Source: Bigelowiella natans CCMP2755
Lineage: Eukaryota; Protista; Cercozoa
Length of the DNA stretch: 64,000 nt
NCBI GenBank assembly: GCA_000320545.1
Contig: ADNK01001529.1
Coordinates: 36,807-100,806, forward strand
Direction: 5' to 3'
Numbering within the stretch: the stretch's first letter is position 1; each line of letters begins with the position of its first letter. This document shows, piece after piece, positions 25,968-35,682 of this stretch. A program made the translations under genes and the position numbers. The notes beneath the pieces are model-generated. The model ran no database searches. It was not told the DNA's origin and saw only the letters and a list, made by a program, of their open reading frames with translations.

Positions 25968-28441
25968 TCATGCATGCAACGTCACCGAGCTAGTGTGAGC
26001 ATCTCGTGAAGTGTGTTCTTGGAGTCTTTGCCTTCTTGTTGCGTTGTGAACAATGCGCAAATCTGCGCCAATTGATGCTGAGCTTGTTTCATCATCATTT
26101 TCATCGTGTTGCATCGCATCTTCAATTGAACTTGGTTCGTCGCTGTCATCGTGTTTGTGTTCACTCGTGTGGTCTGTGCTGGAACTGTCTGATTCATGCT
26201 CGGGGTGATGCCTAGCCATGTTGCTTCGAAACCATTCTGGGCCAGAGTGAATCAGCTCAATGATTTGTTTCTCGAAAGAAGCGATGTGATGCTTGATGCG
26301 GGTTTTGTCCATGCAATTGGATTGTTGGTTGAGTTTTGTTTTGTGCATGTCAACATTGTTTGCAGTTGAATGGCATTTGTTGCAAGTGTGTTTCACGTCA
26401 TCGTCGTGCGATGATTTGTCTTTCACAACTTGAACAAGGTGTTTGATTCGCTCCATGAACCAATTGGATGTCTTTTGCAAGTTCGGAGTGTTGTTTCTGA
26501 TTTCTGGTTGTTTCCGCTGAAGGTGTCCTTCTCCCATGGAAGTGCAAAATGTTTTGGTGCTGTTCCACATTGTTTTCATGATCTTGAAACATTCATTTGC
26601 ATGTTCAATGTCTTTGGAATGGGTGTCCCGAATCACTTTGCGACCACAAATTGACAACATGGATTCACCAGGCTCTTCATTGCCATGATTTGGACTTTTG
26701 CTGAAGTTCAACCAGAAATCAGTGGAGGCATTTCGGTGCATCTCAAGAACAATGTGGTTCATGTGTGTGTTCCTTCCATGTTGCCTGTGTCCAAAATTGG
26801 CAAAAGCTGCCATGACATTTTTGTGCAAACTGAAAAGCATTTGAAAGTCGTCGACTTTCAAAGCGATCATGCAATCATGTAGCAACGGTGTGCAAAACCG
26901 AAGCAAAGAGCACCAAGAATCCAGTTCTTCCCTCTCTGGGATGTGTTGTCGATGAACGCTGCAAGCTGGACACTTGTCAAACGATTCTTTGTTGTCAATG
27001 TTCCAGTTGGCATCCAAAATCTCGTCCATTTCACATTTTTTACCAGAGTGTGTCACTCTTAAGAGTGAAAAAAAGTGCACAATGTGCGCGATGTGCTTTG
27101 GTTTCGATTTCCATTTCTGCCCAGGGCACAGTTTTGCAAATGATGGCATGAAAATGTCTTTGTAGCTTCTCCACACGAGCATGGAAAGAAATTTGCAAGA
27201 GTGCCACCATCCTAGAACAGGCATGATCAGGTTCCTCACATCCAAAATGTGCAAACTTTTTGACCAAAATGCCTGAGCAATGACACACAAGGTTGCGAAT
27301 GTGCCAGTGTGTTCGTGACAAAGTGGAACATTGCAAATGACCTTCAAAATCCTTTCACAAATGGCTGCATCCGAAACCACCGTGATCATGCAATTTTGTG
27401 GAATGTTCTGTTTGCACAAGCTCAATGAAATCTTGAATGGTCCTTCATTTGCCGAGACGTTGTGTTCGTTCATCTCGCAAGGTTGCACATGTGATGGAGC
27501 GTCGACCCGGTTTTTCACGGCCTTGATGCATGCGTTCCTTTTCTTTTCATCTGCCACACATCTCATCACAGTGTCCACTGTCACTTTGATGGGCACATGC
27601 CTGATGTCCCATTTCAAACACAAAGCAACACCGGACAAATTGAACTCAGCTTCGTCGATGAAACGCATGAACCAATTGGATTTGTCACTGAACAATGAGG
27701 TGACATCACATTGAGGATGTCCCTTCTCAATGTGCCAACATGGTTTCTTGACAAAAGGACAGATCACACTCGGATGCTTCTTAACAGCTACTGCACACCA
27801 TTGACAGTTTTTGCACACATTGTTTCCTCTTGGCATTTGAACTGCCAACGCTTTCCCGTGATTGTCAATCCACATCAAGCTCAGTTTTGATTCTCTGATT
27901 TCTGCATCATTCTCAACACGGAGTTGTTTGCATCTCCTTGAGAATGAAGATTTTCCACCACCAATCCCAATCTTGGACAAAAGTTTTGCACCATTTAATG
28001 ATGAACCTCTGAACCGTAATGACATCAACAAGTGTTTCCACTTGGATTGCAACCGCTTGTGCTCCACACTGAGAGCCAGGAGACCCATTGAAACAAAGTG
28101 TCGAATGCACGTGTTGAGATTCTTTTGATTCAATGCACATTTCAATTGTGAACAATGAGACAAATCCCTAAATGTGTTGCATTCTGTCTTCGATGCGAAG
28201 TGGGTGCAGAAAATCTCGAACAACTCGAAGCCAAAGAAACCTGTTTGACAATTGCAATGTCGTTTGTTCATTGTGAATGTTGTGAAGCACACCTTCAGTT
28301 GGGAACAATCTCCTTCCGACTTGAAAAACATCCAAATAAATGTCATCCGATTTGGATTTCATCAAACTCTTCTCTAGTTCGACCAATCTTGTCCTGAATC
28401 CTTTCCATGTGAATCTTGACTGACGACGTTCATTCTTTCCA
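25968..28441 (-). pseudogene. DDE-type transposase (DUF6589/Academ/KDZ-like), hypermutated, probably non-functional
   Basis: 792-aa ORF with motif order WIDN...VVSD...MPVLGWWH...NEEPGE, resembling the D/D/(GxxH)/E layout of DUF6589-type transposases. It has only one Tyr and abundant Cys/His, and reads through an in-frame 69-nt intron (27273-27341). Family assignment is by motif recall, not by search. Confidence 0.6.
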
Positions 28442-31400
28442 CTGATCACAAACATGTATCATGAGTTACGAACATACCAGTACATTCGTAACACAATTTC
28501 TTGAACATTATTTTTGCATTGTGAATTAAAATAAGATGTTGAGTTGAATGTGGATCTTGAAGTTGCATGTTCAATTACATGTTACTTAAAATGACAACAA
28601 AGTGCTTTTTGTAAATTAGGTCAATGAAGAAGCTACGAGTACGAGCCGAAAAATTAATGTTTAAAAACTTTAATTTTTCGTTCGTGACGTTTTTCGTAAT
28701 TTCACCGTAATCACAAATACAAGAGGAGATCACTTGTTTGGCGCCTTGCAAGAGGGCACTCTAGAGTATCACGTGCTCCGCAGCACATTTCGGAAACATT
28801 CGATTGTGCACGCCCAACTACGCTTACTCACGAACCTCATTATGCCAAAGCAAGGATACGGCAAGCTCGACCATGAATGTGAGGGGTTCAATTTTGGGAA
28901 GTGTTCAGAACGTGAGACGGGGTTCGGGTGACAGACTTACACTTTCAATTAGAACTCGCAGCTCACATTGTTCACATCACTGACCATGCCGTGTTTGCAT
29001 CACCTTCTAGGAAAATGCACTGTTTTGGATTCTGTCTGGTGCTTCTCTCGCATGACAGATCCGAACAACCATTGGCAGCTGCACGTCCAACAGCCCGTCG
29101 AAGCAGGCAAGCGGGCCCAATGGAAAAAGTGTGACGTGCACGCGCTGAAGAACACCGAGCGCCGCCAAGTCGCGAACCAGAAAGTGCTGAATGCGCTCAC
29201 CGCGTCGGTGTTTTCCCCGGATGCTGGGAGGGAAACATTGGGTCTTGAACTTGACAAATGGGTTGAAAACAGCGCCATTGCAAGCACAAGATCCAATGAA
29301 CACGCCAAGATGTCTCAATGCAAATCAAAACAAGGCATTTGACAGCATCTTCGCTTGTTTCAAAATGGAATTCTCAAATGTTGCTGTTGTCAGATGTTGC
29401 AAAGGAATTCAAGAAACACCTGAAGAATTTGAAGAAACTCCGCCAGGAACTTGCATCTCAAGACCAACCAGAATCGGTAGTGCAATTTCATCAATTAAAA
29501 CATGGTGACGAATGTGCTGGTACATTCGTAACATTGAAATTATTCTTTGAATAGTCGTCATCATCTGTGCCAAAGACGAAGGACAAGACAACTCCGGGCA
29601 AAGATGCGCCAAGTCAATCAGACTTGAACCTCCAGGGTGATCTTCCAGAAGGAATCACCATTGAAGGTCTTTTGGTTTTTTCACTTTCGTGCGAAACAAC
29701 GTTGACTGTCTTTTGGTTCAGAGTACGAAAAAAATGTGAAGGAAGGAGATGATGCCAAAGTCAAGCTCGGAGCAGAAATGGAGGCATTTGTTGACAAGAT
29801 CTTTCTGGGGACATGCGAGCTGAAGCTGGACCAGCTTGTCGGTCCGGAACATGGGAAGACAGCTTCTCGGAAACTAAGGCAAGGGGAAGTGCGCAAGATT
29901 CGAGATTCAATGATGAGGAACCGGTCTGTTCACATTGTGCTTGGCGCACTTATTCGCCCTTCTGCGCCCGTGTACAAAGAGAAGCAAACTTCTCTCAAAC
30001 GTTCACGGGTGGAACTCAAGCAATTCGTGTCGGAGAACACACTCCAAGTTCAAGATGGCATCTGGGCGGAAGTGATCGATGGGAATCACCGCCGCGTCGC
30101 ACTGCAAGAACTACTGGCAATCCACAATTCTAAACGTTATCGCAAAGTTACTTGCAACGTTTTCTGCACAGATGACCCAGAGGACAACAAGATGATCCGC
30201 AAACATGGTCATCTTGTCAATGAAGCTGACAAAATCAGCATCAAGTCCACAGTGTGGGATGCCATCGCCGAAATGAAGACTAGCTACCTGGAAGCCAAGG
30301 CATTTGATACCAGGTTGGGTCCGACTAGGTTTACTAAAGAACACATTGGGGACTGGAAAGAGCTCACCAGCTCGCATTCCAAAGGTGGTTACGGTGCGAC
30401 CTACCTTAACTTGGTGGTTGGACTCGCACAGTGGAGCGAACACAGCTGGAACCTTTTGGAGAAATTTTACAACCCAGGACCCAACGATGTACATGACGCA
30501 CCCAAGGACTTTGAATGGATCAGCAAGGTTCGCGGAATGGACGAGAAAGATTACACGACAGAGATCAAGAAAGTCACAAGCCTCAAAGATTACACCATCA
30601 AGCAAATGATCGTCAGTCTACAAAAGAAACAATGTGAGTCATCTTTTTTGTTTGTGTCACTGTAGCCTTAGTTCTGGCGTCATCTGTGTTTCAGGGTCCA
30701 AATACCTCACAAGTCTTTTCATGAAGAAATGTGACGTGTCATCATGGGAGGCATCATACGAGAAGTTTCAAGTTCCCAAGAACGACAAGTGGCTCAGTTT
30801 CGCAATCCAGTTCCACCTTGTCAAAAACAAGATGGCTCCAGAGAAGAACAAGCGAGTCATTCCAGAGGTTGTATTGAACAGTTTCCAGAATCATGTTGAT
30901 CAATGCAAGGCAACACGTACGATGGAGGATGCAGAAAGAATTCAACTCAAGGAAGATGCGATCGAGCTCAACATCGTCACCGGAGTCGTCGTCAAGAAAC
31001 TAGGGATCGTCATGCAAAACAAGGGCAAATCAATAAGTATGTACTTTTTTTTACAGTTACGAATGTACCAGTATTTTCGTAACACTGTACTTTTTTATTA
31101 GATCACGTCTTTGTTGACACTCTTGTTGGAGCTTTCGATATCGGGCAGTCTTTCGACGACAAGCAACTCAACATCTACGTCAACAAGATCCATGCTGGCA
31201 AACAGCTGGATTTTGATCGCCATATTACTGGCGACTTCACCCTCACCATTCGGTGTCTCCCTGAAAACTCTAACTCTTTCAGTGAGCTCATCAACAAGTG
31301 TGGGTATGACGACGTCGACGTGCTCTATGCATACGAGCACGATCGACGTCCACAAAAGCCTAAGACCTCTTTCGCTCCGATGATTGACGCATACATCATC

Positions 31401-31950
31401 GCGAAGAACGGGTCTTACGCGCAAGTGGACTTTGGGAAGCGCGAAAACCTCATCGTCACTTCGAGTCCAAAGTCCATCACCGTGGACGGCAAGCTTTTCG
31501 CGGTGGATAGAAAAGGCGATGTGATGGAACATCTATGCCTTACTTTGTATGAGGAAAGATCTACTGTCCTCATTGCCCATGGTGGGCAAGGGTTCGACGC
31601 GTGTGCACTGTTGCACTTCACACGCAACTGCATTCAGTTGAACCGCCACCAGGAGATTACCAACCGCACCAAGGCCAAAGTCCACTCGATGACTACAACT
31701 AAGGATCCATCTTCTCAAAAAGCGCTGTTCGAGACCAAGTTCAATTCCATCTTGACCAAGTACAGTGCCCTTCAAAGTTTTGGAAAGCACTGGCATGACC
31801 TTGGCCGCATGGAGGGGAAGAAGCTCGCTGGTGGATCCGACGACGAAGAAACATCTCTTGTTGATATCGTCAAGAAAAGTGTCAGTGCAGCCAAAGGCAA
31901 AGGTATACAACTCATTTTGATTGTTACTTGTGTACTGGTATATTCGTAAC
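27292..31950. repeat. Five dispersed copies of a 28-bp palindrome (consensus GTTACGAATGTACCAGTACATTCGTAAC) at 27292-27319, 28465-28492, 29505-29532, 31056-31083 and 31923-31950
   Basis: Copies read directly from the sequence; each lies inside a predicted intron of the element's genes. Confidence 0.9.
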
Positions 31951-32252
31951 CCATGCATTTCTCAGGTGAGAAACGCCCTCACACTTTGCGTGCCAGAGTG
32001 TCTCCTGCGAAGAAGGCCAAGACCGCCAAGACTGTGGGCAAGTCCATGAAGCGCCGCACGTCCGATCCTCCGCAGTGTGGCTTTTGCAAGAGGCCCGTTT
32101 TGCCCAACGAGCTTGGGCGATGTGCTGAATGCGACGAGGTCGGCCACAAGGATTGCTTGGCCCACAAGAGCATCAAGTTCAAGTTGCGATTCTGTTCTGA
32201 AGACTGCAAAAACGCGTACGAACAGATTGCTCACGCGGCAGCAAAACTTTAG
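28842..32252 (+). CDS. Transposon-borne ParB/Srx-like domain + degenerate beta-class N4/N6 DNA methyltransferase fold + PHD finger protein (multi-exon; start approximate)
   Basis: EVIDGNHRRVALQEL is the ParB GxxR motif. The exon from 31101 has DHVFVDTLV (motif-IV position) and then RKGDVMEHLCLTLYEERSTVLIAHGGQGFDACALLHFTRNCIQLN (motif X/I-II layout). The last exon has CGFC...CAECDEVGHKDCL...FCSEDC. Exon junctions at ~29335-29392, 29477-29554 and 29667-29721 were checked and keep frame. Confidence 0.7.
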
Positions 32253-32654
32253 ACAAAAAAAAAAAAAAAAATTGACCCATTTCTGTGTGTCTCATCGCTT
32301 TCCTGATGAGAAAAAGCTCTGTCTATGGTCTGTTCATCCTTTTTTGGCCACCTCATTTCAATCTCAACTGCATGTATTTTTCAATGTAAATTCATTCAAC
32401 ACAACATTTACATGCACAATTTTTCTTTGATGCATTTCAAAACGCGCTTCATTTTGCAATTTGCTGACTTGCCTCCGTTTGCTCTCGCATCTGCCATGCA
32501 CATGTTTGATTCGCTGACCCATTTGCACGTGTTCATTCTCATGCTGCGCTGCGTTCGCGATTTTTCCCCGCCATGTCAGTTCGCGCAATCGCAACTTTGG
32601 CTTTTGACAGCGCTCTCAAGCATCACATTTTGCGTCGATCGTGACAATTTTTGC

Positions 32655-32674
32655 CTCCAAAGTGGACAACCAAG
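32655..32674 (-). repeat. Right terminal inverted repeat
   Basis: ctccaaagtggacaaccaag, the exact reverse complement of the left TIR. Confidence 0.85.
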
Positions 32675-32835
32675 ACATGTAGTTGCCAATTTCACAACTC
32701 CATGCCATGTGCCATTCATTTGCGCACTTTCTTTGACGACCGCACACGCTAGCACGTTTGCAACGTAGCAGGCGCCTACGAAAGCCACTGGCGCTAAAGA
32801 ATGCTTCGCGACTAGCATTGCAGCAGTAGGCGCAT

Positions 32836-32879
<44 letters not shown>

Positions 32880-33121
32880 ATGCTGACTTTCGTCGATCAC
32901 AAACTTGACGAATCGAACATGTACTCTCTGCAACCATGCTGAGAGTTTAAAGACATGTATTCCGTATCAAGCATCAGGATTTGATTGATCCAGCAAGTAC
33001 CATCATCATCGCCATCGAACTCATCGTTCCCTGGCTTGAAGGTAGTAGCACTAATTTCAACATCCCTCCAGTGAGAACAACGACGATGCCAACAAATGAC
33101 TGCCCCCTAGGTGGTAAATAT

Positions 33122-33753
33122 CTACACCTCAGCGGTAGGACCTCCGCCCCCGATTTTTTCCATTGTGACGGTGCGGACGGCCTCGACGAGATCCATTCCT
33201 GAGGAGGACAGAACGACATCATACCCGATGAGCAATCGCTAGCAGCGGCAGAAGAAAACGGCAAAAGGGAAAAAGGAGCAACTAACGCGCGGCGCTGTCA
33301 CAAACTGCATCCATCGAGCAAAGACGACCCTGTCGTGAAAGCGGGTGCTGGTAGGCCACGGCGGGGGGGGGGGGTGTCGGAAGATGCCGTGCTGCCCCCC
33401 CCCATCATGATCAAGCCTGTCGCTGAGCTCTCCTTTTCAACTCCTATCGTCAGCATCATCACCAACAGAAGCCACTGGACGCCGAGGTGAGATCCTGTGT
33501 TGATGTTCACGCCACCATGCGTTAGTGCTTACACCTCGTCGCAACCGCCGCCGCCACCACCACCACCACTACCGCCATCGTCATCATCACCATTGTTATA
33601 GTTGTCACATTCATCGATCATCTAAGACGATGTGCCACTATTATCAATAATATTATCATTATTATTACCGTGGAAGAAGGAAAGTATCATTCCGAGACAT
33701 ACGGAGAATAAGAACTTCGGGCGAAAGAACAGCTAAAGATAAGAACCAAATAC

Positions 33754-33792
<39 letters not shown>

Positions 33793-34169
33793 CCACGGTA
33801 CCATGAGCAAAAGCGAGTCGACTCCCAGGAGGACAGAGAGAGATAAATATATGGATACAGAGTTATTAGAGCTAGGGAGGAAGACCAAGAACGGGACAAA
33901 CCGCTCCACCCACAACCACACAACACAAAACACACTCACAAACACACACACAAATGCTACAGTCTTTTTTACAACTCGGAGGGATCTCCCCGAATAAAAT
34001 GAAACAACGCCTCTGCTCTTGGTTGATCATATTCTCGACGTTCTATAATATCGCTTTATTGCTACTGATCTCTACTTACAGCTTCTTTGAAAGATCCCAG
34101 CAGAAACGCACAAATGAGGCGCTCGGTACCATGAAGCGAAACTACCATGCATGGCCGCGACACTCCCCT

Positions 34170-34220
<51 letters not shown>

Positions 34221-34233
34221 TATATAACAGCGT

Positions 34234-34272
<39 letters not shown>

Positions 34273-34897
34273 GAAGGCACGTTATAAACAGCCATCATCA
34301 TCATCATCATCACCATGCATGCAGGCACAAATAGAGGTATTCCATCACCCCACTTACTCTAAGATGAAGTGCAGGGGCAGCAGTATCTGTGCAAGGCACC
34401 CAGCTAGATAGTAGTAGCCTTCAACCGTTGACTTATCCTTGTCCTCCCCAGTTGCTTCCTCCTCTTCCTCCCCCCCCCCCTCCTCCTTCCCCCCTCCCTC
34501 CTCCCCCTCCTCCTGTCCGTCCTTCTTCTCCGAACTAACAGAGCCATTGCTGCTATCATTGCTGCTGCTGCTCGGGGTAACAACCACCACCTGCTTGACG
34601 GAAATGAAAGGGGCGGCGGGGGAAGAGAGGGGAGTCAGTTGGAAGAGAAGAAAGAGGAGGAGGGAAGGGAGGAAGGAGGAGGAAACGTATTAACTCTACC
34701 GTCAATAGGAACGAATTCCATCTTAAAATACGGCAGCTCTCTCTCTCTCTCTCTCTCTCCCCTCGTTATTTACGCCGCATGACAAAACATTGTGGAAGCA
34801 ACACCACCAGCACCACCACCACCAACAACAACAACACCACCTGGTATAAGAAGGCGTACCAGAGGCACGGGACAGCCCTTTCAACAATACAAATACG

Positions 34898-34930
<33 letters not shown>

Positions 34931-35650
34931 ATAACGCTGCATTTAAAAAAACGCCAGTAGAACTGCTTCCCCCATCATTAGCGATGGTGCTGTGCTGTTA
35001 CTACTACCAGAGGGGGGCCCAGAGCTGCATGGCCGACGCGAGAAGTGGAAACAGATAGACGAAGAACAAACAAAATGTCATATGCGTGTCGCGCACCAAT
35101 TGTCCTGCAGCCTGAAAAATCGGTCGGTAGTGACGTTGTTATCAGTGCGGTGGGGAGGCGGAGATGAAGCGGCCCAACATCAGAGAAAAATTCAAAGATA
35201 TGCTGCTCGGCACAGAGAGCCACCTTGGATCCCCCTCCGCCCCCTCCCCTCCCCACCCCCCCCCATCCCACCCCTCTCTTGCCTACATGTCTGTTGGTGG
35301 GTCACGAAAATGTCCACATTTCAGTTGAGTAAGCAGTCGTCACGACATCATATGCCGTTTGCAGTGATGATATTGTTGTTGTTGTTGGTGGTGGTGGTGG
35401 TGGTGCTATCATCATCATCATCATCATCATCATCAGTTTGTGGACCAGTCGGTGGATGCGGGCGAGGAAGTAGAAAACGCGAAGCACAAAACCCAGCACG
35501 AGCCACACGAAACCGCTCGTGAATACGTACACTGACGGCAGAAGAAACATGCCATCATTAATGTGAGAAGGGGGCAAGTTATCACCCTATCCCTTCCCCC
35601 TCCCCCCTTACTCCTTCCTCCTCTTCCTCATCCCTCCCAGCTCAGATAAC

Positions 35651-35682
<32 letters not shown>

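Larger units (their letters stand above)
25199..32674. mobile_element. TIR DNA transposon (DUF6589/Academ-like transposase plus ParB-MTase-like-PHD gene), TpA-hypermutated
   Basis: Perfect 20-bp TIR CTTGGTTGTCCACTTTGGAG at 25199-25218 and its reverse complement at 32655-32674. ACAT flanks both sides (25195-25198 and 32675-32678). Two divergent genes lie inside. Confidence 0.8.

Noticed and set aside
24513-25975. Numerous overlapping Cys/His-rich ORFs (e.g. 24847-25335, 25111-25530)
   Set aside because: Best explained as artefacts of TAA/TAG depletion; no recognisable motifs.
25968-28346. Alternative genetic code or a genuine Cys/His-rich metalloprotein explaining the lack of Tyr
   Set aside because: Host genes use TAY normally, TpA loss also affects non-coding DNA, and the palindrome copy shows direct TA->TG changes.
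27292-31950. 28-bp palindromic repeats as a CRISPR array
   Set aside because: Copies are 0.9-1.6 kb apart inside introns of a eukaryotic element; there are no regular spacers and no cas genes.
25199-32674. Endogenous giant virus, Polinton or virophage
   Set aside because: No capsid, pPolB, packaging ATPase or integrase motifs; the genes are spliced and bounded by short TIRs.
24500-32900. Classical fungal RIP or methyl-CpG decay
   Set aside because: These C->T processes increase TpA or deplete CpG; here TpA is lost and CpG remains common.
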